The translations under genes and the position numbers were made by a program. A DNA stretch of 64,000 nucleotides from Nannocystis bainbridge (lineage in GTDB: Bacteria > Myxococcota_A > Polyangia > Nannocystales > Nannocystaceae), in NCBI RefSeq assembly GCF_028368995.1, contig NZ_JAQNDL010000001.1, positions 3,264,001 to 3,328,000 of the forward strand, in the 5' to 3' direction. Positions 37,845 to 51,284 of this stretch are shown here, in pieces. The notes below the pieces were generated by a model. It had not been told where the DNA came from. It did no database searches and saw only the letters and a list, made by a program, of their open reading frames with translations. Every line of letters starts with the position of its first letter. Position 1 is the first letter of the stretch.

Positions 37845-40800
37845 GTGTCGGCGCGCGCTCTCCTGCTGGCGATCGGTCTGGTCGCGGGCGCGGCCGGCGA
37901 GGCGCGGGCGGCCCCGGCGTGGCGCCTCGACGGGGCCGCGACCCCGAAGGCGCTCGCGCCCGGGCAGCGGGTCACCGTGCGCGTGGCGGTGACGAACCTG
38001 AGCCGAGAGACATGGTCCGAAGGCCAGCAGGACCACCTCTCCTATCACTGGGAGGACCCGGCCGGCGCGATTCTCGAGCGCGACGGGGCGCGCACGCGGC
38101 TGCCCTTCGCCGTCGGACCGGGCGAGACCGTCGCGCTGGCGGCGACTCTGGCCGCGCCGGCGAGCGCCGGCCGCTACGTGCTGCGCTGGGCGCTCGTGCG
38201 CGAGAACGCGTTCTGGTACGACCCGCCGGTCGGGGGCGGCGACGCGGTCGCGGTCGACGTCGGGCCCGCGCCCGGGACCTGGTCGATCGAGCCGATGGAG
38301 GCGCCGGCGGAGGTCGCCGCCGGGGCGCGGGCGACTGCGCGGGTCCGGCTGTGCAACACCGGCGCGAACGCGTGGCGAGCCGAGCTCGGCGACGCGCTCG
38401 GCTACCACTGGCTCGGCGCCGAGGGTCAGCGGCTCGAGGGCGTGCGCACCGCCCTGCCGGCCGCGGTGGAGCCGGGCGGCTGCGTGGTCCTGCCCGCCGA
38501 GCTGCGCGCGCCGGCGCTGCCGGGCCCGTACACGCTGGTGTGGCAGCCCGTCCGCGAGGGCGTGGCCTGGTACGGACCCGGCGCCGGCGAGGCCGCGGCG
38601 GCGGTGCGGGTCGGCGCCCCGCGCGACGCGTTCGCGGCGCTGTCGCTGAGCCTGCCGCCGCTGCAGGCCGGGCTGCCGGCGCTCGGCCAGCTGACGCTCG
38701 AGAACCGCGGCGAGGACACCTGGCTCCCGGGACATGCCCTCAAGGTCAGTTATGTTTGGACAGGTCCCGAAGGACATGTCCTCGAGGGCATCCGCACCGA
38801 GCTGGCCGAAGCGGTCGAGCCGGGCGAGGTCGTCGAGCTCGAGCTGCGGGTGCGCCCGCCCGACGCCCCCGGCGCCCACGTGCTGGCGCCGCGGCTGGTC
38901 CGCGAGGGCGAGGGGTGGATCGCGCCCGAGCGCGAGCTGGCGGCCGCGGCGGTCATCGGTCCGCCGGCGCTGGCGTGGCAGGTGGTCGAGGCCGCGTGGC
39001 CGGCCCGGCTGGCGGCGACCGGCACCGACGCGTTCGCGGTCACGGTCCGCAACACCGGCGCCGAGCCGTGGTCGCCGGCCGCGGGCGATCGCCTGTCGTA
39101 CCGCTGGCGCACCGAGGACGGCGCGCCGCTGCAGCACGAGGGCATGCGCACCGAGCTGCCGCACCCGGTCGCGCCGGGCGAGACGGCGACCGTGCAGGTC
39201 CGCGTGGCCGGGCCGCCGCGCGCGGGCAGCTACACCCTGGCGCTGGCGATGGTGCGCGAGCAGGTGCGGTGGTTCCCGCCGCCGACCGGCGGTCCTTCGG
39301 AACATGTCCTGAAGGTCACGTTGCGCGCGGCCTGGTGGCAGTCGGCGCTGGTGCTGGTGACGTTGGTGATGGTGCTGGCGGCCCGGCGCCGGCGGCCGCA
39401 GCCGGGGTCGTGGCGGTGGGCGGCGCTCGAGCTGGTGCCGGCGCTGTGGCTGTGGGCGGCCATGGCGAGCCTCGGGGCGACGTTCCACGAGCTGGCGGCG
39501 ATCGAGCTGTGGCAGGGCGGCCGCGCGGCGGCGATCGGGGCGGCGGCGGTGCCGGGGCTCATCGTGCTGCTGGCGCCGGGCCGGCTGCGGCCGTGGCTGG
39601 CGTTCTTGCTGGCTCTCGGGACAGCCGTGCTGCTGCTGGCCGACCTGCTTTACATGCACGTGCTCGGGGCGATCGTGCCGGTGCAGGCGCTGGCCGGGGC
39701 GCACCTGGTCGGGGACATCGGCGCCAGCGTCAAGGCGCTGCTGCGGCCCGAGTACGCCTGGCTGGCCGCGGCGCCGCTGGCCGGGCTGATCCTCGCGGGC
39801 GCGTGGCCGCGGGCGCGCGGACCAGAGCGAGCGAGCGCGCGGGCCCGCAGGCGAGCGACGCTCGCGGGCCTGCTGACGATGTCGCTGGCGTCGCTGCCGA
39901 TCGCGGTGAGCCTCGGCGGGGCGATGCGCAGCGGCCTCGGCTCGCGCGTGTTCTCCGAGCAACACAACGCCGGCCGCTTCGGCGTGCTCGGGGCGCACCT
40001 GTTCGACGTGGTCCGCACGCTCGCCGGCGCCGTCGGCCAGCGCGCATTGACGGCCGAGGAGCAGGCCGAGATCGCGGCGTTCTTCGCCGCCCGCGAGCCG
40101 TCGCGCGCCCCGGGCTTCGGCGCGGCGCGCGGGGCCAACTTGCTGGTGATCCAGGCCGAGGCGCTGCAGGGCTGGACGATCGGCGCCAGCGTGGCGGGCC
40201 AGGAGATCACGCCGTTTTTGAACCGCCTGCGCCGGCGTGCGCTCTACTACGCGGCGGTGGTCGACATCACCGGCCAGGGCATGACCTCGGACGCGGAGTA
40301 TGCGATCCTCAATTCGCAGTACCCGCTGGGCCAGGGCGCCGTGGCGTTCCTGCGCGCCGGCAACCGGTTCGAGACGGTCGCCCACGCGCTCCAGGCGGCC
40401 GGCTACGCGACGCTGTCGGCCCACCCGTTCAAGCGCGGGTTCTGGAACCGGGCCACGCTGCACCCGCGCTACGGCTTCGAGCGCTCGCTGTTCGACCGCG
40501 AGCTCGGCCCGGGGCCGACGATCGGCTGGGGCCTGGCCGACGAGGCGTTCTTCGCCCGCATGCTGCCGGAGCTGGCGGCCGCGCCGAAGCCGTTCTTCGC
40601 GTTCCTGGTGACGCTGAGCCTGCACCACCCGTACGACGAGTTCCCGCCGGGCCTGCGCCGGCTACAGCTGGGCCCGCTCGAGGGCACGAACCTCGGCAAC
40701 TACCTCCACGGGATCCACCACCTCGACGCGGCCCTGGCCGAGCTGTTCGCCGGGCTCGAGGCGGCTGGCCTCGCGGACAGCACGGCGGTGGCGATCTACG

Positions 40801-41288
40801 GCGACCACGACGCGCGGCTCGGGGTGACGCCGGAGATCGCGGCGCTCGCCGGCGAGCCGGCCGGGTCGCCGTCGCTGCCGCTCCGGCTCGAGCGGGTGCC
40901 CGGGTTCCTGGTCTTGCCCAAGGGACAGGTCCTCGGCGAGGTCGACGCCGTCGGCAGCCACGTCGACCTGGCGCCGACCTGGCTGCACTACCTCGGCGTG
41001 CCGGCGCCGCCCGCCTTTGTCGGCCGACCGCTGGTCCCGGCTCGGGCCGGCCCGGGGGTGGCCGCCCTCCCCGACGGCTCGGCCGTGGCCGACGATCGCC
41101 TGTTCGCGGTCGCCGGGCGCGACATCCCACCCGGCGGGGCCTGTTTCACGGCCGCGGGCGCCCGGACCGAGCGGGAGGCCTGCGCCGACCTGGTGCAGCG
41201 GGCCCGCCGCGCGCTGGCGGTGTCGCGGGCGATCGCCGATCACGACCTCGCGCGGGCGCTCCCTTCGAGGACGGAGCCGGGTCCGTGA
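37845..41288 (+). CDS. LTA synthase (LtaS)-like sulfatase-family protein with four N-terminal Ig-like repeats
   Basis: Four W...LSYHW...G.RT.LP..V.PG repeats; about 5 TM segments; IQAEALQ, EITPFLN, GMTSDAE, FWNR, TLSLHHPY, YGDH. Confidence 0.88.
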   Translation: MSARALLLAIGLVAGAAGEARAAPAWRLDGAATPKALAPGQRVTVRVAVTNLSRETWSEGQQDHLSYHWEDPAGAILERDGARTRLPFAVGPGETVALAATLAAPASAGRYVLRWALVRENAFWYDPPVGGGDAVAVDVGPAPGTWSIEPMEAPAEVAAGARATARVRLCNTGANAWRAELGDALGYHWLGAEGQRLEGVRTALPAAVEPGGCVVLPAELRAPALPGPYTLVWQPVREGVAWYGPGAGEAAAAVRVGAPRDAFAALSLSLPPLQAGLPALGQLTLENRGEDTWLPGHALKVSYVWTGPEGHVLEGIRTELAEAVEPGEVVELELRVRPPDAPGAHVLAPRLVREGEGWIAPERELAAAAVIGPPALAWQVVEAAWPARLAATGTDAFAVTVRNTGAEPWSPAAGDRLSYRWRTEDGAPLQHEGMRTELPHPVAPGETATVQVRVAGPPRAGSYTLALAMVREQVRWFPPPTGGPSEHVLKVTLRAAWWQSALVLVTLVMVLAARRRRPQPGSWRWAALELVPALWLWAAMASLGATFHELAAIELWQGGRAAAIGAAAVPGLIVLLAPGRLRPWLAFLLALGTAVLLLADLLYMHVLGAIVPVQALAGAHLVGDIGASVKALLRPEYAWLAAAPLAGLILAGAWPRARGPERASARARRRATLAGLLTMSLASLPIAVSLGGAMRSGLGSRVFSEQHNAGRFGVLGAHLFDVVRTLAGAVGQRALTAEEQAEIAAFFAAREPSRAPGFGAARGANLLVIQAEALQGWTIGASVAGQEITPFLNRLRRRALYYAAVVDITGQGMTSDAEYAILNSQYPLGQGAVAFLRAGNRFETVAHALQAAGYATLSAHPFKRGFWNRATLHPRYGFERSLFDRELGPGPTIGWGLADEAFFARMLPELAAAPKPFFAFLVTLSLHHPYDEFPPGLRRLQLGPLEGTNLGNYLHGIHHLDAALAELFAGLEAAGLADSTAVAIYGDHDARLGVTPEIAALAGEPAGSPSLPLRLERVPGFLVLPKGQVLGEVDAVGSHVDLAPTWLHYLGVPAPPAFVGRPLVPARAGPGVAALPDGSAVADDRLFAVAGRDIPPGGACFTAAGARTEREACADLVQRARRALAVSRAIADHDLARALPSRTEPGP

Positions 41289-41307
41289 TAGCCTGAGGCG
41301 CAGCGCC

Positions 41308-42918
<1,611 letters not shown>

Positions 42919-42923
42919 GCCTC

Positions 42924-43763
42924 GTGTGCGCCCTGTTCGTCGCCGCGGTCCCGGCCGCGCCGGCCCTCGCCGCACCCGCGGATCCACCCGCCGCGAGCCC
43001 GACGCCCGCGCCTTCGCCCGCGAAGAGCCCGACCGGGCCATCCTTCAACGGCGAGACGATCGCCCGCGCGAGCCTGGCGATCGACACCAACGGGGCCGGA
43101 CCCGCAGGGCCGGTGATCCACGAGCGCCTCGACGAGGTCGGCAACCGTCAGCTGCGCCGCGCCGAGGTGCTGCCCGGCCGCGGCCCGCGGGACCCGTGGA
43201 TCCGCCTGACGGTGCGCGCCGTGCCAGGCGAAGAGCCGGGCTACGTGATCCTCTCGGGCCTCTACGTCGGCAACGACCCGGTCGGCGACAGCGTGCACGA
43301 GACGGAGTGCCGGCTGTGCACGGAGGGCGAGGCGGTCGAGCGCGGGACCTCGGAGATCGAGCGCCTGGTCCCGTTCGTCCGCGATTTCGCGGAGGCCGAG
43401 CGCGAGGCCCGGGCCAAGGCCGCGACGCCGCCGCCCGAGCCGCCGAAGCCGGTCGAGCCGCCGCCCCCGAAGGGCCTCGGCGGCCGCGGCAAGGCCGGGG
43501 TGGCGCTGCTCGCCGTCGGCGGCGTCGGCTTCTTCGTCGGCCTCGGCCTCGCGGTCCGCCAGCCGCGCCCCGACCCCGACATGCCGCTCTACGAGATCTC
43601 CACCCGCCCCGCCGGCATCGCCACCCTCGGCATCGGCCTCGCCGCCGTCGTCACCGGCGCGGTCCTGCTCGCGCTCGACCGCAAGGCCGCCAAGCGCCGG
43701 GTGTCGTGGCAGCCCAGCGTCGGCCGCGGCAGCGCCGGGCTGCTGCTGAGCGGGTCGTTCTGA
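42924..43763 (+). CDS. Secreted/membrane hypothetical protein (kinase-associated type)
   Basis: Signal peptide, CRLC motif, hydrophobic hairpin, C-terminal LSGSF; start uncertain. Confidence 0.7.
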   Translation: MCALFVAAVPAAPALAAPADPPAASPTPAPSPAKSPTGPSFNGETIARASLAIDTNGAGPAGPVIHERLDEVGNRQLRRAEVLPGRGPRDPWIRLTVRAVPGEEPGYVILSGLYVGNDPVGDSVHETECRLCTEGEAVERGTSEIERLVPFVRDFAEAEREARAKAATPPPEPPKPVEPPPPKGLGGRGKAGVALLAVGGVGFFVGLGLAVRQPRPDPDMPLYEISTRPAGIATLGIGLAAVVTGAVLLALDRKAAKRRVSWQPSVGRGSAGLLLSGSF

Positions 43764-43802
43764 TCGATTTTCACTAGATCTAAGAGACAGGTTATTCGGA
43801 AC

Positions 43803-44531
43803 ATGTCCTGGAGAACATTCGCAGTCGGGCTCGCCTTCTTCGCCGGGTGCTCGGTCCCCAACGTGAGCCACTGCGGCAACCAGTCGGGCGACTCCACGTG
43901 CGCCCAGCGCGACGCGACCCGCCCGTTCTGCAACCTGTGCGAGGCGAGCAACGACGGCTGCGTGGCCGAGCCGGTGACGATCGATGCCTGCCGGCGCGAG
44001 TCCGACAGCGGCCCGGCGACCACCTCGGAGGCGACGACGACGACGCAGCCGACGACCGGCACGCCGACGACCACGACCTCGACCTCGACGACGGTCGACC
44101 CGACCACCGAGACGACGACGACGACGAGCACGAGCACGTCGACCAGCACCAGCACGTCGACCAGCACCAGCACGACCGACGACACGACGACGACCACGAG
44201 CACGACGACGCTCGACACGCTGCCCGACACGCTGACCGACACGCTGACCGACACGCTGACCGAGGCGACCAGCGAGACGACGACCGACACGACGACGATG
44301 CCCGGGCCGACCTGCGGCGACGGCGTCGCCGAGCCCGGCGAGACCTGCGACGGCGCCGACCTCAAGGGCAAGGACTGCACCGACTTCCCCAGCAACTACG
44401 GCGGCGGCGACCTGAAGTGCCTCGGCACCTGCAAGGCCTACGACTTCAGCAAATGCTGCAAGCTGGACGGCAAGAGCTGCGGCGGCGGCGGCGAGTGCTG
44501 CAGCGGCAACTGCCTGTTCACCTGCTACTGA
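43803..44531 (+). CDS. Cys-rich lipoprotein with Thr tether and C-terminal knottin-like motif
   Basis: FAGC lipobox, poly-Thr, CGDGVAEPGETCDG, ends CKLDGKSCGGGGECCSGNCLFTCY. Confidence 0.82.
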   Translation: MSWRTFAVGLAFFAGCSVPNVSHCGNQSGDSTCAQRDATRPFCNLCEASNDGCVAEPVTIDACRRESDSGPATTSEATTTTQPTTGTPTTTTSTSTTVDPTTETTTTTSTSTSTSTSTSTSTSTTDDTTTTTSTTTLDTLPDTLTDTLTDTLTEATSETTTDTTTMPGPTCGDGVAEPGETCDGADLKGKDCTDFPSNYGGGDLKCLGTCKAYDFSKCCKLDGKSCGGGGECCSGNCLFTCY

Positions 44532-44538
44532 GCGATGG

Positions 44539-44585
44539 ATGTCCCCGAAGACATGCCCGTGAGGACATGTCCTTCGAGACATGAT
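44539..44585. repeat. 14-bp period array of TGTC-N6-GACA
   Basis: GACATG at 44550, 44564 and 44578. Confidence 0.9.
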
Positions 44586-44605
44586 CGTCAGACGGTCAGA
44601 CTCCC

Positions 44606-45820
44606 TCAGGCCGCGACGATGTCGCGCTCCGTCAGGCCACCGGGCCGGAGCAGCCGCTGCAGGACCGGCGCGAGCGGGCTGCTGCTCAGGCGGACGAAGG
44701 CGGCGCGGAGCAGCCGCGGCAGCTCTCCGCTCGGCGTGAAGAACTGCCGCATCGTCGTCGCCGACCGCTGCAGGCTGACGACGAACGGGCGCAGCTTCGC
44801 CTCCCACGCGGCCAACGCCCGCGGTAGGTCGTCGGGGTGACGCGCCAGCATGTCACCCAGCAGCTCGCCGCCGGCCATCCCGGTCGAGGCGCCCATCCCC
44901 GAGTAGAGCGTCAAGCACCACGCCGCGTCGCCGAGCAGCACCACCCGCCCCCGGTGCCAGCGATCCATGCAGACCTGCTCGACCGAGTCGAACAGGCGTT
45001 CGTCCGCCGCCGCGTAGTCGGCGAACAGCCGGCTCAGGATCGGCCCCGCGGGCGCCGGCCCGAACGCCGCGCGCACCGACTCGATCGCCGGACGCCGGAG
45101 CTGCGCCGCCACGTCTTCGACGCGGTACGAGAACAGCACCGTGGGGGCGTGATCGACGAACGGGAACACCCAGGCCGAGCGCCCGGCCTCGGCCATGACG
45201 AGCCCGTCGCTGGTCGCGTGGCCGTCGAGGGCGCCGCGCAGCACGCAGGCGCCGATCATGTAGTGCATCGGCCGCAAGAACGCCGCGTGCGGGCCGAAGA
45301 CCAGCCGCCGCACGGTCGAGCGCAGGCCGTCGGCGCCGATGACCAGGTCGAAGCGCTCCCGCGCGGTCGCGCCGGTGGCCGCGTCGAGCATCGTCACGTC
45401 GACCCCGTGTTCGTCCTGGTCGATCGCCACGGGGCTGGTCGCGAAGCGGATCTCCACCGCCGGCGGGAGCGCGGAGAACAGCGCGTTCTCGATGTCGCCG
45501 CGCAGCACCAGGCGCGGACCGCCAGGCAGATCCGGCACGCCCATGCCCTCGCGCCGACGACCGCTGCGATCGACCTCGAAGGTCCGGATCGGCGGGCCGA
45601 GGCGGTTGCCCACCGCATCGAGCACGCCGAGTCGGGTCGCGGACGCGACCCCGGTGCCGAACAGGGCGACCGCATAACCGCCGCGGCGCCGGCCCGCGGC
45701 GCGCTCGAGGATCACGGGCTCCCAGCCGAGCCGTTGCAGGCGCAGGGCGGTGGTGATGCCGCTGATCCCGAGGCCGACCACCAGGACGCGGCGCCGTCCC
45801 GTCGTTGCATGCTTCATCAT
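44606..45820 (-). CDS. FAD-dependent monooxygenase/oxidoreductase
   Basis: VVGLGISG, GADGLRSTVR, LLGDAAW..SGMGA. Confidence 0.92.
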   Translation of the reverse strand: MMKHATTGRRRVLVVGLGISGITTALRLQRLGWEPVILERAAGRRRGGYAVALFGTGVASATRLGVLDAVGNRLGPPIRTFEVDRSGRRREGMGVPDLPGGPRLVLRGDIENALFSALPPAVEIRFATSPVAIDQDEHGVDVTMLDAATGATARERFDLVIGADGLRSTVRRLVFGPHAAFLRPMHYMIGACVLRGALDGHATSDGLVMAEAGRSAWVFPFVDHAPTVLFSYRVEDVAAQLRRPAIESVRAAFGPAPAGPILSRLFADYAAADERLFDSVEQVCMDRWHRGRVVLLGDAAWCLTLYSGMGASTGMAGGELLGDMLARHPDDLPRALAAWEAKLRPFVVSLQRSATTMRQFFTPSGELPRLLRAAFVRLSSSPLAPVLQRLLRPGGLTERDIVAA

Positions 45821-45907
45821 GCCCCGAGCCTAGTGATCGACCACGCCGCCGGTAGAGCGTGGATTGAGGCGATGATCGGCGCGGATTGGGGGCGATGAGG
45901 CCGGGGC

Positions 45908-46759
45908 TCACGACGCGGCGCGGTGCCGCTCTCGCCAGTCGCGCGGCGTCATCCCGTGGGCGCGGCGGAAGGTGCGGATGAAGTGGGTGGTATCGGCGTA
46001 GCCGACCTGATCGGCGACGCTCTCGACGCTCTCGTCGGTCTCGCGCAGGCGCCGTCGCGCCTCGGACATTCGATGCTCCCGCAGCCAGTCGCCGACGGTC
46101 AGGCCGGTCTCCTGGCGGATCGCGTTGGCCAGGTGCGACGGCGTGCGGCCGACCGCCACGGCCACGTCCTTGAGCGACAGCGGCCCCAGGCAACGCGCCT
46201 CGATGAAGCTCAGCGCGTCACGCACGAGCCCGCCGAGCAGCGGCGACGTCGTGGGCGCGTGCTCCTGCAGCTCGCGCATCAGCTCCGTCAGCAGCAGGGC
46301 GAGCAGCGCGTGCGCGGCGGTCTCCGCCCCCCATTGGCGCCCGCGCAGCTCCGCGTCCATCTCGCCCACCAGCTGATCGATCCGCCGCAGCCGCGCCGGC
46401 CCCGGTCGCAGCCGCAGCAGCCCGCGCACCAGCAGGCTGCGCGCCGGCGTCAGCCCCGGCTCCCCGTGGATCCGCGACTGCCCCGGCAGCCGCGGCGGCC
46501 CGAGGGCGCGCAGCAGCAGCGGATCGACGCCCACGATCCACCCCTGAAGATCGCCGATGTCGAGCGGTTGGTGCTCCACGCCTGCCGGGACGAGGTGGAT
46601 GTCGCCGGCGCGCAGGTCGACCGGCTCGAGGTGTCGTCCCCGCCCGCTGCCCGCGGTGAAGCCGAAGATCGTAAAGAAGGTCGATACCAGCGGCCGGGGC
46701 GGCAGCGGCCCCTGCTCCGGGACGTACGCGACGTGCAGGCGCATGCCGCCGGCCCCCAT
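45908..46759 (-). CDS. AraC family transcriptional regulator
   Basis: Cupin VPAGVEH; HTH ARRRLRET..VADQVGYADTTHFIRTFRRAHGMTP; start uncertain. Confidence 0.9.
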   Translation of the reverse strand: MGAGGMRLHVAYVPEQGPLPPRPLVSTFFTIFGFTAGSGRGRHLEPVDLRAGDIHLVPAGVEHQPLDIGDLQGWIVGVDPLLLRALGPPRLPGQSRIHGEPGLTPARSLLVRGLLRLRPGPARLRRIDQLVGEMDAELRGRQWGAETAAHALLALLLTELMRELQEHAPTTSPLLGGLVRDALSFIEARCLGPLSLKDVAVAVGRTPSHLANAIRQETGLTVGDWLREHRMSEARRRLRETDESVESVADQVGYADTTHFIRTFRRAHGMTPRDWRERHRAAS

Positions 46760-47036
46760 CTCGTCGAGGGTGACCACCTGCGGCGGAGCACGCCCGGGGG
46801 CCCGCGTCACGGGGCGACACCGCCGCGCGAGCACGACGGAGCCCGGCGGGTCGGCCGAACCGGCAGGTCCGCCTGCGGCTCGTCTGCTCCGGTCGGGCCC
46901 GACACACTCTTGGTTGTCGCTGACCCGCGGCGCGCTGTCCACCGCGCCGCCAAGCGGCCGCGCGCCACGGCTCGGGAGTCCGCGCGTCGACGAGCGCCCG
47001 GGTCGCCTGGCCGCGTGCGCAGCCGCGCGATGCCTT

Positions 47037-47125
47037 CATGTCCCGAGCGACATGTCCAGAGAGACATATCCAGAGCGACATGCCCAATTCGACATGCCCG
47101 CGAGGACATGCCCCACGCGACGTCC
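47037..47125. repeat. 14-bp period array of TGTC-N6-GACA, 6 units
   Basis: GACA at 47049, 47063, 47077, 47091 and 47105; GACG at 47119. Confidence 0.93.
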
Positions 47126-47130
47126 AAAAA

Positions 47131-47539
47131 GCGGGAGGAGGAGCGGACGAGCGGGGTCGTAAGCCGGGTTTTGTCCCTGGGTTCGTCGCCTTGCCCAGGT
47201 GGCGGTCATTCTTCTACGCGGCACTACCCGGGACGGGACGGGCAGCCCCTGGTGACTTCCTTGCGGAAGCCAGCCGTGCCCCTGTTTGGCCTTGCTCCGG
47301 GTGGGGTTTACCGTGCGGTCCCTGTCGCCAGGTCCCCGGTGCGCTCTTACCGCACCTTTTCACCCTTACCCGCGCGGACGCGGGCGGTTTTATTTTCTGT
47401 GGCACTTTCCTTCGGGTCGCCCCGACTGGCCTGCGCCAGCACCCTGCCCTGCGGAGCCCGGACTTTCCTCGAGTGCTTCAGCCCGTGAGGGCCTGTCACC
47501 CGCGAACGCCTTGTCCCCCTCGGCCGCTCCTCTTCCCGC
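47131..47539 (-). ncRNA. rnpB: RNase P RNA (type A)
   Basis: Minus strand contains GAGGAAAGTCCGGGCTC, GAAAGTGCCACAGAAA, GGTGCGGTAAGAGCGCACC, GGTAAACCCCACCCGGAGCAAG and ACAAAACCCGGCTTA; the ends given include the extended P1 stem. Confidence 0.97.
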
Positions 47540-47601
47540 GGGCGGTGTAGCACGCGGGGCCGCCCCGGCCAAGCGGGCGCGGCGCGCGGAGCGGCGCGGG
47601 T

Positions 47602-48420
47602 TCAGGGCAGCGACGGCAGCGTATCGGTCGCGGTCTTGCTGAGCTGACGGACCGCGTGGCGCTCGTCGTGGTCGTTGCAGGCGAGCACCACCACCACCGT
47701 GATGTTGTCGTCGCCGCCGCGCTCGAGCGCCAGCTCGGTACAGACCTGCGGCAGATCCGAGTACAGGTGGTCGCGGGCCAGCGCCGCCAGCTCGTCGAGC
47801 GACACGTAGTTGGCGAACCCGTCCGAACACAGCAGGTACACGTCGCCGAGGTTGACGTTGACCGGCACGATGTCGGCCTCGACCAGCCGCTCGAAGCCGA
47901 CCGAGCGGGTGATGATGTGCTTGAGGTCGGACTCCTGCGCCTCTTCTTCGGTGATGAGGCCGGCCAGCACCTGCTCGTTGAGCCACGAGTGGTCGGTCGT
48001 CAGCTGACAGGCCATCGCCGAGCGCAGCAGATAGGCCCGGCTGTCGCCGACGTGGACCACGTAGCCGCGGTCGCCGTGGAACAGTATCCCGGTGAGCGTG
48101 GTACCCATCCCGTGGAGCGAGCGGTCCTGCTGCGCCTGGTCGTAGATCCGGGCGCTCGCCTCCGACGCCGAGGCTTGCAGGATCTCCGCGATCGCCTCCG
48201 ACCACGCCTGTTGCGGCATGCCGTGGAGACGCGCCATCCCCCGCCGTACGACCTTGTTGACGACGTCGGCGCACATCGCACTGGCATGCGCCCCGCCGGC
48301 GTGGCCACCCATGCCGTCGGCGACGAGGTACAGCCCGAGCGAGCTGTCGACGAGGAAGCTATCCTCGTTCGCCATGCGGACGCGGCCGACGTCGGTGGAT
48401 GCCCACGCGATCAAGCGCAC
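47602..48420 (-). CDS. PP2C-family Ser/Thr phosphatase
   Basis: GRVRMANED, VADGMGG, GMGTT, HVGDSR, LCSDG, GGDDNIT. Confidence 0.95.
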   Translation of the reverse strand: MRLIAWASTDVGRVRMANEDSFLVDSSLGLYLVADGMGGHAGGAHASAMCADVVNKVVRRGMARLHGMPQQAWSEAIAEILQASASEASARIYDQAQQDRSLHGMGTTLTGILFHGDRGYVVHVGDSRAYLLRSAMACQLTTDHSWLNEQVLAGLITEEEAQESDLKHIITRSVGFERLVEADIVPVNVNLGDVYLLCSDGFANYVSLDELAALARDHLYSDLPQVCTELALERGGDDNITVVVVLACNDHDERHAVRQLSKTATDTLPSLP

Positions 48421-48621
48421 AGCCTGGACGATACCATGTACGGCCGCGAATCGAGACCCTTCCGTGCGACGGCCCGGGCCCGCGAAGGGGGCCGGCGGCG
48501 CAGATGCGGCGGCGCTGGCGATGCGTGAGTAAACCGACGGCTCCGGGCCGCTCCGGCGGGCGGTGCGGCAACGGAGCCAGTCCTCGGGGCCAGGTGCGGC
48601 TGGGGCCCGCTCGGGCCCGGG

Positions 48622-50169
<1,548 letters not shown>

Positions 50170-50171
50170 GG

Positions 50172-51284
50172 CTAGCGGCCCCCCTTCAGGAATTCGCGGA
50201 TCGAGTCCATGATGTCGTCCTTGCTCTTGATCTCGGAGGTCACGAGGGCGATGTTCTTGGCGAACGCGGACCGCAGGTCCTTGATGAACTGGCCCGAGCC
50301 GTAGGGCGACTCGACCTGGCCGTAGCCGAACTGGTTGCACTTGGGCAGCAGCTGCTGCTTGACCAGCTGGATGCAGGTCGCGGTGTCGTCGACCGACCAG
50401 TTGTCGCCGTCGCTGAAGTGGAACGCGTAGATGTTCCACTGCTCGGGGCTGAACTCGGCGTCGATCAGCTCGGCGCACAGCTTGTAGGCCGAGCTGATCA
50501 TCGTCCCGCCCGACTCGCGGGTGCGGAAGAAGACGTCGCGCTCGACCACCCGCGCGGTCGCGTCGTGGATGATGTAGCGCGACTCCAGCCCCTTGTACTG
50601 GCTGCGCAGCCACGTATCGATCCAGAACGACTCGATGCGGACGATCTCTTTCTGCTCGTCGCCCATCGAGCCCGACACGTCCATCATGTAGATGATCACC
50701 GCATTGGTCTGCGGGCGCGGGTCGGTGCGCCACGAGCGATAGCGGCGGTCCTCGCGGATCGGCACGATCACCGGGCGCGCCGGGTCGTACGAGCCCATCG
50801 CCACCTGGCGGCGGAGCGCGCGCTTGTAGGTCGCCTTGAAGTTGCGCAGCGACTCGGGGCCGGTGTTGCGCAGGCCGACATAGCGGTCTTTGCGGGTCTC
50901 TAACGAATGCGTGCCCTTGGGCTGGATGTTGGGCAGACCGAGCTCTTCTCCCATGATTTGAGCGAGCTCTTCGAGCGTGACCTCGACCTCGAGCGACTTG
51001 CCGCCCTCCTGCTCGCCGGCCTTGCCCGCGCCGCCCGGGCCGTCCTTGCCCGAGCCGCCGACCGGGTCGCAGGGCTCGCCGTCGCCCTGGCCGACGCCCT
51101 GGCCGCTGTTGTCGCCGTGCACGAACCGCGGGATGTTGATCTGCGGCATCGGGATGGCGACGGTGCCCTGGCCCTTTGGCGCCACCATGTCGCCGCGAGA
51201 GATGTATTTGCGCAAGTTCTGCCGAATTTTGCCGCGAATGATCTCTCGGAAGCGGCTGTGGTCCTGCTCGATGCGCGAAATCAT
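50172..51284 (-). CDS. DUF444 (YeaH/YhbH) family protein
   Basis: [29 protein letters not shown]. Confidence 0.95.
   Translation of the reverse strand: MISRIEQDHSRFREIIRGKIRQNLRKYISRGDMVAPKGQGTVAIPMPQINIPRFVHGDNSGQGVGQGDGEPCDPVGGSGKDGPGGAGKAGEQEGGKSLEVEVTLEELAQIMGEELGLPNIQPKGTHSLETRKDRYVGLRNTGPESLRNFKATYKRALRRQVAMGSYDPARPVIVPIREDRRYRSWRTDPRPQTNAVIIYMMDVSGSMGDEQKEIVRIESFWIDTWLRSQYKGLESRYIIHDATARVVERDVFFRTRESGGTMISSAYKLCAELIDAEFSPEQWNIYAFHFSDGDNWSVDDTATCIQLVKQQLLPKCNQFGYGQVESPYGSGQFIKDLRSAFAKNIALVTSEIKSKDDIMDSIREFLKGGR

Noticed and set aside
44030-44300. ACG/ACC-rich low-complexity repeats (also near 3740-3900 and 6290-6500, and the GAGCCC run at 62070-62125)
   Set aside because: Explained by Thr/Ser linkers of lipoproteins and the TonB (EP)n spacer.
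47036-47642. Short ORFs across this interval
   Set aside because: They overlap rnpB and the 14-bp array.
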